DNA from: Macrostomum lignano
Taxonomy: Eukaryota
NCBI GenBank assembly: GCA_002269645.1
Contig: NIVC01004081.1
Coordinates: forward strand, 1-61,435
Direction of reading: 5' to 3'
Length of the DNA: 61,435 bases
A model generated the notes under the pieces. It saw only the letters and a list, made by a program, of their open reading frames with translations, was not told the DNA's origin and did no database searches. How positions within the stretch are numbered: the first letter of the stretch is position 1; the number at the start of each line of letters is the position of its first letter. Below are positions 42,971-55,463 of the stretch, piece by piece. A program made the translations under genes and the position numbers.

Positions 42971-43433
42971 TGCTTGTTGGCCAAGATTGGTGCAAGCAAA
43001 TTAACAAAGTCAAACGTCATTCGAAATTGTATAAGTTTTTTTAAAATGATTGATAGACAGCAGGGTGAAACACGCCACTGCTCACACTAATTTCTATTCA
43101 AACGATATCTGTGCATTTTATTTATTTCTATCATAGGACCGGCATGGCATAACTACTGTTAGTAATAAAACAAGTACTTCATGCCTATAGCGTGTGGTTT
43201 ATGCTAAATTTAAAGAAAAATTAATAATATAACTCCTACTAGCGTTACCAGTCTGTACTTTAAAGGAGAGGGAGTCGCAGGTGTCAATCCAAGACGATTT
43301 ATTTTATTTATTTTACACTACGATGAGTACTACAGCCTTCATGCACAATATGAACAGAAAAACTATATCGCCTTCTCTAAACGTGGGTCCAAATAGGCGA
43401 TCAAACAAGCAGTCTCTACGCTCCAAAAAAACT

Positions 43434-43583
43434 TCACAGGTACTTCTCCAGGTAGTGCTCTTCCTGCTTGCGATAGGGATTTATTGTGTCGTAGTGGCGC
43501 GGACCCAAGGTGCGGTCCAATGGGACCATTCCGTAGGATGTTACCGGGTGGCCTTGCAGTGGCTTGTCGTAGATAACGGCGAT
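43434..43583 (-). CDS. NDUFA11-like gene, exon 3 (IAVIYDKPLQG...EEHYLEKYL*)
   Basis: Acceptor atcgcag|ATC phase 0; 150 nt ending in TGA at 43436-43434; phase matches the exon 2 donor. Confidence 0.65.
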   Translation of the reverse strand: MAVIYDKPLQGHPVTSYGMVPLDRTLGPRHYDTINPYRKQEEHYLEKYL

Positions 43584-43614
43584 CTGCGATTTAACAGTGA
43601 TGGAATAGTATTTT

Positions 43615-44768
43615 TGCTATTCACCGCTTCAGCCTCGCTATTCACCAGTTCAGCCTCGCTATTCACCTGTTCAGCCTCGCTATTCACCGGTTCAGCCTCA
43701 TTATTCACCAGTTCAGCCTCATTATTCACCGGTTCAGCCTCACTATTCACCGGTTCAGCCTCATTATTCACCGGTTCAGCCTCACTATTCACCGGTTCAG
43801 CCTCACTATTCACCAGTTCAGCCTCGCTATTCACCGCTTCAGCCTCGCTATTCACCAGTTCAGCCTCGCTATTCACCTGTTCAGCCTCGCTATTCACCGG
43901 TTCAGCCTGGCTATTCACCGCTTCAGCCTCGCTATTCACCGGTTCAGCCTCATTATTCACCGGTTAAGCCTAGCTATTCACAGGTTCAGCCTCGCTTTTC
44001 ACCGGTTCAGCCTGGCTATTCACCGGTTCAGCTTGGCTATTCACCGGTTCAGCCTGGCTATTCACCGGTTCAGCTTGGCTATTCACCGGTTCAGCCTCAT
44101 TATTCACCGGTTAAGCCTTGCTATTCACAGGTTCAGCCTCACTATTCACCGGTTCAGCCTCACTATTCACCAGTTCAGCCTGGCTATTCACCAGTTCAGC
44201 CTCACTATTCACCAGTTCAGCCTCGCTATTCACCAGTTCAGCCTCGCTATTCACCTGTTCAGCCTCGCTATTCACCGGTTCAGCCTCATTATTCACCAGT
44301 TCAGCCTCATTATTCACCGGTTCAGCCTCACTATTCACCAGTTCAGCCTCATTATTCACCGGTTCAGCCTCACTATTCACCGGTTCAGCCTCACTATTCA
44401 CCAGTTCAGCCTCGCTATTCACCGCTTCAGCTTGGCTATTCACCGGTTCAGCCTCATTATTCACCGGTTCAGCCTTGCTATTCACAGGTTCAGCCTCACT
44501 ATTCACCGGTTCAGCCTCACTATTCACCAGTTCAGCCTGGCTATTCACCGGTTCAGCTTGGCTATTCAACGGTTCAGCCTGGCTATTCACCGGTTCAGCC
44601 TCACTATTCACCAGTTCAGCCTGGCTATTCACCAGTTCAGCCTGGCTATTCACCAGTTCAGCCTGGCTATTCACCAGTTCAGCCTGGCTATTCACCAGTT
44701 CAGCCTGGCTATTCACCAGTTCAGCCTGGCTATTCACCAGTTCAGCCTGGCTATTCACCAGTTCAGCC
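43615..44768. repeat. 21-bp minisatellite (TTCAGCCTCGCTATTCACCGG)n filling intron 2 of the NDUFA11-like gene
   Basis: About 55 units visible. Confidence 0.96.
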
Positions 44769-44840
44769 GCACTTAAAAACAAAACAGCCAATTAGACGAT
44801 ATATAGAAAACCAGCCGAAGCGAAAAGCAATCAGACCAAC

Positions 44841-45061
44841 CTTAATAGCGGCGCAGATGGCAGCCAGGGTCAGCGGTACGCGGGCCAGGTAAGACTGCCG
44901 AGCGGGCGTCATGCGCACAATAGAATAGATGAACGCGCCGGAGACAGCACCACCCAGGGCCCAGTTTCGCACCAGATCGCGGCCGCCCTGCAGCTGCGAG
45001 CTGATTGACACGGTGCCAGCGTGTAGCAGAGAGGCCATGATGCCGCCAGCCCACGAGTACG
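44841..45061 (-). CDS. NDUFA11: NDUFA11-like (Tim17/22/23 family) gene, exon 2
   Basis: AYSWAGGIMASLLHAGTVSISSQLQGGRDLVRNWALGGAVSGAFIY...AAICAAIK resembles the B14.7 motif [25 protein letters not shown]; acceptor ttactag|CG phase 1; donor AAG|GTTGGT phase 0. Confidence 0.72.
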
Positions 45062-45159
45062 CTAGTAACGGGATGGGTTGGCTAAGCCAGTGTGAGATTT
45101 CCTTACACTACCATTGTTTCATTATTAATTAGTTCATTTTTAAAGGAAGCATGAAGATT

Positions 45160-45590
45160 ACATGAAGTCTTTAGTTAAGGATGAAGATTACCTGAAGTCT
45201 TTAGGGAAGGATGAGGATTGCCTGAAGTCTTTAGGGAAGGATGCAGATTACCTGAAGTCTTTAGGGAAGGATGAAGATTGCCTGAAGTCTTTAGGGAAGG
45301 ATGCAGATTACCTGAAGTCTTTAGGGAAGGATGGGGATTGCCTGAAGTCTTTAGGGAAGGATGAGGATTGCCTGAAGTCTTTAGGGAAGGATGAGGATTG
45401 CCTGAAGTCTTTAGGGAAGGATGAGGATTGCCTGAAGTCTTTAGGGAAGGACACAGATTACCTGAAGTCTTTTGGGAAGGATGAAGATTGCCTGAAGTCT
45501 TTAGGGAAGGATGAAGATTGCCTGAAGTCTTTAGGGAAGGATGAAGATTGCCTGAAGTCTTTAGGGAAGAATGTAGATTGCCTGAAGTCA
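45160..45590. repeat. 30-bp minisatellite (GAAGTCTTTAGGGAAGGATGAGGATTGCCT)n filling intron 1 of the NDUFA11-like gene
   Basis: About 14 units visible. Confidence 0.96.
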
Positions 45591-45673
45591 TTGAATCTAA
45601 ACAAATCCCTTTTAAAACTGTTTAAAAGCACTCTTAACTACCAAATGCAATCAAGATGCAGGAAAATTCTCAC

Positions 45674-45935
45674 CAATCTTATAAATTGGTTCCCATCTGC
45701 TAGGAAACTTCGGATTGCGACCAAAAGTAGCCAAGTGAAAAATGCCAACCGTAACGCCGAGCGAGCCGCCAACCCGAACGGCGAGATCTGCCCGCTTCAT
45801 GAAGTCTTTGTCGCCGTCTTTCAAGTACACGTACTTGTACATGCTGGGGCTCGGTCTGGACCCAACATTGCGAACAAATTTTCCATTGACCATGACAGGG
45901 TCATCAATGATCTTTTCGTTGCCATTGTAGGCCAT
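45674..45935 (-). CDS. NDUFA11: NDUFA11-like gene, exon 1 (MAYNGNEK...YVYLKDGDKDFMKRADLAVRVGGSLGVTVGIFHL...EPIYKI)
   Basis: ATG at 45935; YxYLKDGDKDFMKRA resembles YWDIPDGTDCHRKA; donor TTG|GTGAGA phase 1; the three exons join to 210 aa. Confidence 0.7.
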
Positions 45936-46454
45936 TGTTTAGGCCGCTGAATAATATGAAAACGTTATTATTACATTATTACTGCACTTAAATGCATATG
46001 ACCTGTTAATAGTTATACTCATTTTAATGTTTTATTTAAGCTATTATTTAATTGAAAGGGCCATGCAATGGATTTAATATCTACCAAATTCAAAACAAAT
46101 TGAGAATAAAAACTGTTTTATTTTTTAATAGCTGTTGAATATTACAAGATGGCGAAAATATTGTATATTGTGATATCAAACATTTGACACAAATAACCAA
46201 AAATAGTCTTACTTAACATATCTATTTTTTGCATAAAAAACTGCTATCTTTGCTAAAATTTACCACCCTTAATTCACCATTTTGACCTTCTGTTCTTTTG
46301 TTTAGACCTCCATATTGTGGACTTTATATTGTGGATCATATTTGTTATGTACTAGAAAAACAGTTTTAAAGATTTATTACAAATACAAATCTGGTTTAAA
46401 CTAGTTGAAAATGCCTAGAGCAGCTTTGCCTAGCCTTTGACAATAGTACAACTT

Positions 46455-46657
46455 AGAAAACAAGCATTGTACACTGGTTTGCCAAGTTTTGTCAATGCCA
46501 AGCATTCTTTAAAGACATAAAGTCAAGCTGGACAACCACTAAGCTCAACAACTGATGATCCATGAACAATGGTTCAATAGTTAGCCACTGCTATTGGCAT
46601 TTCATCAGGAAGTATATCAACCATTCTGCATAAAAAGCTTGGGCTAAGCAGTGTCTA
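46455..46657 (+). mobile_element. Decayed mariner-like transposase fragment (HTH region)
   Basis: IVHWFAKF... and MVQ*LATAIGISSGSISTILHKKLGLSSV resemble the mariner motif ELAxxLGISxGSVxxILHxxLG. Confidence 0.55.
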
Positions 46658-47550
46658 TAGATAGATAGAAGTTGAAATACTATACTATAATTTTGATTTT
46701 TTTGCATTATGAACATGAATTATATGGATACATATCAAAACAGTCACATATGGGATGGCCACCAAACAACAAAATGGCCCCATATAACAATTTTTGGTTG
46801 TTATGCTGATGCACAAATTATCTGCAATGGCATAGCTCATTAGTAGGCATTTAATGTATGTTTTTGTTATTATTATAACCATTTAACTTTACAAGTTGGA
46901 CATAATTTGTGTATACAATACATTTTGATATAGCTCAGTATGATATTTTTGCAGAAGTAGCAGAATTAAATGTTTCTATTCTGTGTAACACTATATATAT
47001 ATAGTGTTACACAATTCATTCAACTTGACATTCTAACATTCCAATAAAATTATCAAAGTTCTAAATTGCAATTGTAAAAAAAAAATTGAACAAAATAAAA
47101 ATAAAAATAAAACAGAGATAAAATGAAACAAAAGAAAACAAATAAAAATAAAAGTTTATAACAATACAACTTTTTAATTAAAAGCATATTTTAATTTCTT
47201 TCCAAAACTGCACAGTAAAAAATATACTTTCTTATAAATTTGTTATATTTGGCCATTTTGTTGTGTGGCCATTGTGGCCCTGTGGCTATTTTATCATATG
47301 GCTATTTCACATGTGGTCATTTTTATTATAGTATCCTAAATTATATATATATATATACAATTACAATAAGAGTTATATTCTATGAATGAAGCTAAGCTGA
47401 AAATTTACATGTAATAAATGAAACTAGACTAACAAGTCAACAGTTAACCCTTACCTTAAAAAATTCTAGCTATCATAATTTATTAACCTAATAAGGCCTA
47501 ATTATTTAATTTTGGATTTGTGAAGTCAGAAATAAAACTAATGCTATGAC

Positions 47551-47702
47551 TAGGGACGTAGCCAAAGGGGGGACACTAGGGACATGTTCTCCCTGAAAGG
47601 TGGAAAATTTATTTATTGCCTTTGTATTTTGCTTCCATTGCTAACATTGGAGATGGATTTATGTCTCTGTCCCCCCTGACATAAATCCTAGCTATGTGCC
47701 TA
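47551..47702. mobile_element. 152-bp MITE, hAT-like
   Basis: Imperfect TIRs TAGGGACGTAGC / TAGGCACATAGC; flanking 8-bp GCTATGAC / GCCATGAC (7 of 8 match). Confidence 0.55.
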
Positions 47703-48861
47703 GCCATGACCATGGGTTAAAAATTAGGGGAAAATCTGATAAAAAATATTTGTTTAATGATAAAAAGTTAAACATTTGAACAATTGCATGAGACCCTATC
47801 TTCAAATTATCTATGTATTAATAGTGAGCCTTAAAATAAAAAGGTTATAATCATAGAATACACCAGAATGCTCAATCAGCTTCCAAATTGAAAGCCAAAA
47901 TATAAAACCATAGACACTACTCCTGAGGTGAAGAAGAGATAAGTAGAACTGAAATTTGAAAAGTAGTCACCTTTTTGTATGTCCATTCGAGGGGCAACAT
48001 TTTTATGGACAGAAGGTCCCAGTTGTATATTATCAGCTGTAGCGACATGAAAATGTAGATATTAATTGTGAGCATTCAACGCAAACTAGAACAGTTTAAA
48101 AACAGCAGTATGAGCAGTAGTTTAAGCAATTGGAATACGTGATATAGCTGTACATGAAAATTTAGCATGAAAATTGCAAACTAGAACAGTTTAAAAACTG
48201 CAGTATAAGCAGCAGTTTAAGCCTCAAAGAACAGGCAACCTATACTTTAGTAGATAACAGGCATCGCAGCTTTCGTTGTTCTGCTGAAGCTGTACTTGTA
48301 CTGTGAGCTCCGCGCTTCCTGGCAGCTTGAAGTAATACCTGTTGAGCTTTGCACCAGTGATGTAAATGCAAGCATGTATACAAAGATGAGAGAGATGAAT
48401 AAAGAAATTTATTTGGAATGGCCAAAAAGGGTATAAATCTAAGGAACGCAGGCAACTAAGCTGAGTTATTATACACTAGGTATCAAATTGATAGGATAGA
48501 TGAACTGAAAGACAAGCAAAAAACAGTCTATGGCAAAATTGATATCAATACACTTGGGTTGATGAAAAAAGCCAGCACTACTCACAAATCACTTCACTTT
48601 AGAAAAAGTGTAGCTAGCAAATAGTTTTTGCCTCAAAAATTTTTTGCAGGGAGCTTGATTGAGCATTCTGTGGTTATAATGAACTATTCCTAGAAAGACT
48701 TTTAAATGATTATAAAATTGAAGAACTATTAAAAGACTGTCACAATAAAATTCTTATTAAGTTTTTGTTGCAGCCATTTTTGTTTGAATATAAGTCAATA
48801 TTACCCTTTCTTTCATTGCTTAAGAACTGTAAAATGCCCAAGGGCAAGGCAAAGGATATTA

Positions 48862-50090
48862 CGAGGGGTGTCCAAAAAGTAGTGATACTTTTAACCATAG
48901 CTCTTGTTCTATAGCTTCATGTGATTTAAAATTTTATGAATTGATAGCGGCAAATCTCTTCTATAGACTGCTTTTTTACAAGGGGTGTCCAAAAAGTAGT
49001 GATACTTTTAACCGTAGCTCTTGTTCTATAGCTTCCTGTGATTTAAAATTTTATGAATTGATAGCGGCAAATCTCTTCTATAGACTGCTTTTTTACGAGG
49101 GGTGTCCAAAAAGTAGTGATACTTTTAACCGTAGCTCTTGTTCTATAGCTTCCTGTGATTTAAAATTTTATGAACTGATAGTGGCAAATCTTTTCTACAG
49201 ACGGTTTTTTGAATTTTTTAAATTGATACCAGAGAACAAAAGTTATACCCACAAAAGTAACAGTACCTGTACCATAGAGTTACACAAACTATATTGAAAT
49301 TTATAAGTCGACTTCTGCACTCATTCATTAAGAAGGCATCAATAAATGTCTTGTTTAAGCAATACCAAAGCCCAATTGCAAAATGATGCTCACTGCGACT
49401 GACTAAAATTTGTCTATGGATGGAATCATGCGCAGAAAAATAAAGCATTTAATTCATTACTTTACTTCCAAACAGAGGAGCTTGCATTTTGCAATTCATT
49501 CATGAGTTCATTGCCCATACTCAACAATACACATGGATGTGCACTCAGTTGTTGCTCAGCAAAGTACCATCTTCACTCTTTGGGGTGCTGGCCATAGTGT
49601 CTCAGAAATTCACACAAAACTTTGCTCTGTGCACAGATTCTCTGCGGTCAGCAAAATGACAGTTTATTGATGGATGAAGCAGTTTAGCGAAGGAAGGACT
49701 GACTTGGCAGATCAGCATTGGACAGGGCAGCCATACGTTCATTGACCTAATGTACTAGGGGACTACATTCTGAATCTTCTTGACGAGGACTCCCAAATGA
49801 CCATTTAGGAGAGATTGCTGACAGGTTGGACAAGCCAAAATCAACAATTCATCAAAGCTTACTTGGCATGGATCTTGTGAAGAAGCTCAGCCTATAATTT
49901 GTGTAACTCTATGGTACAGGTACTGTTACTTTTATGGGTATAACTTTTGTTCTCTGGTAACAATTTTAAAAATTCAAAAAGCAGTTTGTAAGAGAGATTT
50001 GCTGCTATCAGTTCATAAAATTTTAAATTACAGGAAGCTATAGAATGAGAGCTATGGTTAAAAGTATCACTACTTTTTGGACACCCTTTG
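48862..50090 (+). mobile_element. Internally deleted Tc1/mariner element with about 198-bp TIRs (49096-49293, 49893-50090), extra 117-bp TIR copies at 48862 and 48979, and a pseudo-transposase N-terminus from 49533
   Basis: TA|CGAGGGGTGTCCAAAAAGT start and ACTTTTTGGACACCCTTTG|TA end; MDVHSVVAQQSTIFTLWGAGHSVSEIHTKL...TVY*WMKQFSEGRTDLAD..GQP is a mariner HTH pattern with stops; no catalytic domain seen. Confidence 0.85.
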
Positions 50091-51678
50091 TACATTATAA
50101 TTTAACTGAAATTTTTTATATGACCATAAAAATAGACAATTTGCTTCCTACCTATAGGCCCTAGTGACCATAAAATAACAGTTTTGCTATTTATACAGTT
50201 ATATTAAGTATAGACCATAGGCCCAGATAGTGTCTTATACGTTAACTGTAAAAATAACTGTTTTGTTATTTATATGGTCATCATAATAATAACAACTGCC
50301 ATTTTTCAAAAGTGAAAAAGACAAACCCATTTTGCATTTATTAATTTAAGTCAATTAAGGTATTGAAATGCAACCAAGATTAGAATAAGCTCAGCTGTTT
50401 AAAAGTCATAATATTTTTTGGAATCAGATTACCTAAACCTAAATTATGTGTAGGCCTAGGTTATGTGTGCATCTAGAGAAACTTGGAGCTTTTAAAATAG
50501 GACTTCATTGTATTTGTATGAACAGAACATGCCAAGCATTTTTGCTATAGGCCTAGTTTAGAATAGCTATTGTACATTCCCATTGATTAGGCCTAGACTA
50601 GAGTATTATTGGTATTAGGGCTCTTTTATACGTTATAGTTTTGCATATTAAATTTTTTTGTTAAAAATAATAACTTTTGAGTAACTTTAAGCAAAGTAAG
50701 TGGTAGAATAGTCAATAATAGAAAACAAACATAACATGTCATTGAGTGCCTACCTACTTTGTTTAACTGTGATGTTCTTTACATTCATGTAAAGCTACCC
50801 AACCATGCCATTATAATTCATCTTTTGAACCTAGTAGACCTGATTGTTCACACTAATAACATACTATTGAAGACACATGGCTCTTCATTGGTAAGACACG
50901 TGAAGACCAGAGCGTGGTCTATCTTAATTTTGACAGTAAAGTGCAGAAAAATCATAATTTTGTAAATATTGAAAATATAAGCCTGAAAATTTACATAAAA
51001 GCATAGTTTAATGCCCGCATGTTTTGACAAAAAAATTTAAAATCTAGCAAAATAATTTTTTCGACTAATTTTTTGGGCAATGGCAATGCAAAGCTTGGTC
51101 AGCAAAGAAATAGGTAAAAACTTATATTTAAATAGCATCGGTTTCTTAAAAAAATTGATCAAACAAAATTTTATATAAAAATTATAACTTAAGCGATTAA
51201 CTTGGCTGCTTTTATTCGTGGCACGTAAAACTAACTTTTTGGCTTGTAAATGTTTAGTAAAATGTTTTGTTTAGAAAATCCACGAGATAGTGGAAATTCA
51301 AGTGCGGAAAAATACAATTTATTCCTAGACATCGTACCTGCGTCTGGCGCATTTTTGCAGCAAAAATTTCTCTAGAAAGGTCAACAATTAAAATCTATAA
51401 ATGAAACTAATTGGCATATTTTGATGTTGAATGAAAGGTCATTTTTTTAAGATTTATCATAGCAAATACTCGTAATAATATCATGTATAAAACCCCCAAA
51501 AATAGCGAATTTTCTGCACTTCTCTGAAATAGTGCCCCAAATTTTTCTAGATGCATCATGCATGGCGTCCTATTATTATCCATTGTAATGTGTTTCATTT
51601 GCAGACTAACAAAACTAGATACTTGTTTCCATGTTAATTTTATTTCTTTTAACCTCCTAATACTTTAAACTCTAAAAG

Positions 51679-52533
51679 TAGTTCCGCCGTAATTACGGCT
51701 ACGGCTATGGCAAATTACGGCTACGACACTTTTGAAGCCGTATTTTCATTACGGATTACGGTTACGGACATATTTTGAGCTTACGGTTACGGTTACGGAT
51801 TACGGAGATTTTTCTAGATTTGCCGTAATTGGTAGCCGTAACAAAAATTATTTATTTTTCACTGTTTAGTGTTATAAAAGAAAATTTTTTTATTATAACT
51901 TCAACCAGTTTTCATTTTGTTTTACTAGTTATTATTATTTTTTACATTTGTTAAGTTTCTAAATATCTACGAAACTTTTTGAAAACGAAAAATGAATTTT
52001 TTCACAAATTTTCTTATTAGGCATACGGCATAGCATAGCATAGCGATAGCATGATAGCAGCGAGACAGAGAGAGCCAGTCAAAGCCTGCAAGAGACTAAG
52101 AATCTGGCATTCTTATTTCTTAGCCATATGTAGCATTAATTAGCTCCTTAGCATATTATAGCGAAACAAAACAGAATCACAACACAGAAAACTGAAAAAG
52201 GCACCAAGCACACAATTGCATACAACAATGCAATAGAATACTTAGATAAAGATATTATATTTACGAAAAAATAAATTAATATTAATGCATGAACGAACAA
52301 CAGGTACGTTTTATTGCTATCCTTTTATCCTTTTTATCTGTCCTTTTCTGTCTGCCCCACTTTTCATGCAAAAATATCAATTTTTGTTATACATTACAGC
52401 TACGGTTACGGCAAATTACGGTTACGGACTTTTTTAGCCCGTAATGACGGCAAAATTCGGCTACGGAAGTTGCTTCTTTCTTACGGCTACGGTTACAGTT
52501 ACGGAGGTCAAAACTCGCGGCGGCGGAACACTA
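51679..52533. mobile_element. 855-bp non-autonomous hAT-type element
   Basis: Perfect 8-bp TSD TCTAAAAG at 51671-51678 and 52534-52541; TIR TAGT(GT)TCCGCCG; many subterminal TTACGG/CTACGG motifs at both ends. Confidence 0.85.
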
Positions 52534-53884
52534 TCTAAAAGTTACTTAGTCTTAAAATTTATCCATTTTTGAAAAAATGAAAATGTAAAACTTAGCCAGG
52601 AAAGCCCAGGATTGCCACTATTAGTTTTGATATATTATTTGCAATTTGCAATGTACAAAAAGCTATACCTAAAGAAGCTACTTCTGTATACTATGGTATT
52701 GAATCACAAATCAAGGGGCTATATTTATCTTACCATATTAAAGGGCCTCTTGTTTTGGTGTGTGGTCATTTCGTCTATTGCCTTTTTGTCTGCCAGCAGA
52801 CAAAACAACTTTTAAAAAGAAAATTTAAGGTATAGCTACATAGCTAGCAAAGTTTATTATATTATTTTTAACAATTAAATATTGCAAGTCACACAAATAA
52901 AGTTAAAGTGGGATGTCAGCTTTTCCAAATATAATTTTGTTTATGCTATATGCAATCTTTTTATTGTTATTTTATTGTTTACGCTATATCTAATATGATG
53001 CTTCTTGTATATTTTATACAACTCTTTTATTTTTTGATACAATATTTTTTCCTTGATATTGATATCAAAATTGATATCCTTGATATCAAATTCCTGGTAC
53101 TTATAAAAGCCTTCATTCTTATAATAACTAATGTATATTATATAATTTGTTATGATTAACATCATTGTCATTGCTATATTATAACCATTTCTAAATATTT
53201 AATATTTAAAGCAAAAACTGGCTAAACCTATTTTAGTAAAACTATGTCATTTTGTTGAAGGTTTTCTATAAGTGAGTTAATTCAATAAAGGGTTTCTCTT
53301 GTAACACAATGGAGAAAAAATAAGAGCTAATATATTTAGAAAGTTAGAAGATTCTTAATGCTTGTTTCAGGCACTTTTTAATTAGGCAACTTGAAAAAAA
53401 TATATATAAAGAAGACAAATACATATATATAAATACAGAAATCATGAATTTCTAGCTACAAATGTAGACTTTTAACAACAAGTTTTTTATCCAGAAGTGA
53501 TAAATAAGCATATTTTATATTCTTTAAAGATGAAAAATGGATCTCTGAGTCTCTGACAATAAGCCTTTAAAAATATAGTTAAATTCATGCTTAAAATTAA
53601 TTGGACATAGAATCTATTATTAGAATAGTCTAAACTATTATAAGTTATTTAAAAGCCCAGCAAACATAAAAAATATTGTTATTTAACCTGTTGTTTTGAT
53701 TATCTGAAACCATTAGTAATGCTAATTTAAGAATTTTTTGGCCAATGACATTTAACTATTTGTGTTGGTAGCTTTTCTAGCTCTTAGCCTAGATCATGTG
53801 ACTCGATCATAAAGTTGAGGATTATAAATAAACACAAAAAAAACACAAAAGTGTTCAATTTGATGCTACAGTGCCAAATTGCCA

Positions 53885-54184
53885 ATGTCATCAAACGATT
53901 TGAAGAGCCGCCTCAGCCGGCTGGCCCAGTCAACTGCAGCCAAGCGACCATTGCTCACCCCAGCGCAGGCACTTGAAGAGGAGGCGCGCCTGTTTAAGGA
54001 GCGCTATCAGGCCCTGGCTGGGGAGAGCGCCACTGCACCCAACGCCGCTAATCTGGCCATACCGACTTTCTACCAGCCGCAGCCTAAAGAGGACAGCCTA
54101 TTGCAGAAGAAGCTGCGCGAGGAGGCGCGCGCTCTATTTTTGCAGCGCAAGACTAAACAGTTGTTGGATAATAATGAGCTGCAG
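53885..54184 (+). CDS. PPP2R3C: PP2A regulatory subunit B'' gamma, exon 1
   Basis: IPTFY...LLQKKLREEARALFLQRKTKQLLDNNELQ matches PPP2R3C IPRFY...KLREESRAVFLQRKSRELLDNEELQ; 300 nt; donor CAG|GT phase 0. Confidence 0.93.
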
Positions 54185-54399
54185 GTTAATTCAATGCTAC
54201 ATCTTACTACTATCACCCCGCTGACAATTGCTCTTTATAAATAGTTTAGGGCCTAATCTGTGTTTAGTAGTTGTTCTTTTGTATCTACCTTTGGTTGCAT
54301 CCTTAACTATCTATACAATAGCCTTTTCTGCCCTATAAATATCGCCCCTTAAAAATGGCTCTCCTGCCGTTTAGAATTGCCATCCAGACTCTGAGGACC

Positions 54400-55130
54400 T
54401 CCCTCCACTCTCCCTCCACTCTCCCTCCACTCTCCCTCCACTCTCCCTCCACTCTCTTTAAGAATCTCCATCCGCTCCCTTTTAGAATCTCCCTTCATCC
54501 CATTTAAGAATCTCCCTCAATCCCTTTAAGAATCTCCCTCCACCCCTTTAAGAATCTTCCTTCATCCTTTTAAGAATCTCCCTCCGCTCCTTTTGGAATC
54601 TCCCTTCACTCTCTTTAAGAATCTCCCTCCAGCCCTTTAAGAATCTCCCTCCGCTCCCTTTAAGAATCTCCCTCCGCTCCCTTTAAGAATCTCCCTCCGC
54701 TTCCTTTAAAAATCTCCCTCCGCTCCCTTTAAGAATCTCCCTCCGCTCCCTTTAAGAATTTCCCTCCGCTCCCTTTAAGAATCTCCATCTGCTCCCTTTA
54801 AGAATCTCCATCCGCTCCCTTTAGGAATCTCCCTCCGCTCCTTTAAGAATCTCCCTCCGCTCCCTTTAAGAATCTCCCTCCGCTCCCTTTAAGAATCTCC
54901 CTCCGCTCCCTTTAAGAATCTCCCTCCGCTCCCTTTAAGAATCTCCCTCCGCTCCCTTTAAGAATCTCCATCCGCTCCCTTTAAGAATCTCCATCCGCTC
55001 CCTTTAGGAATCTCCCTCCGCTCGCCTTTAAGAATCTCCCTCCCGCTCCCTTTAAGAATCTCCCTCCGCTCCCTTTAAGAATCTCCCTCCGCTCCCTTTT
55101 CACTCCCTTTAAGAATTGCCCTTTAAGAAC
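54400..55130. repeat. About 24-bp minisatellite (TTTAAGAATCTCCCTCCGCTCCC)n in the PPP2R3C intron
   Basis: About 28 units visible. Confidence 0.93.
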
Positions 55131-55463
55131 AGGGGTCGGCAAAAAATTTACAGAGGGAATAGTCAGAGGGAATAGCGAAGGTAGAAGAAAGGAGAGGCTA
55201 GGGAATAAATGAGAACAGAAGAGAGACAAAAAGGAGAGGAAAGAGAGGAGACGAAAGAAGGGACTTGAGAGAAAGGATAAGAGATTATTAGAGAAGAGAG
55301 CTGAGAAAAGACAAGACTTCAGAAGCCTTGCTATTGTGAACTTCCAAAGGACCCGAGGGCGGGATAGTGAGGTCCAAAGCCTCCTCCACTCCCTTTGAGA
55401 ATCTCCCTCCACTCGTTGAGACTTGCCCTCTATCACTCCAAGAACCGCCCCCGTCCCGTGCAG

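Noticed and set aside
43281-45950. Repetitive ORFs (ASLFTGS, AELVNSQ, KSLGKDEDCL)
   Set aside because: They lie inside introns of the NDUFA11-like gene and are by-products of 21- and 30-bp units.
52941-53171. Ile/Tyr/Lys-rich short ORFs
   Set aside because: AT-rich low-complexity DNA with no recognisable family.
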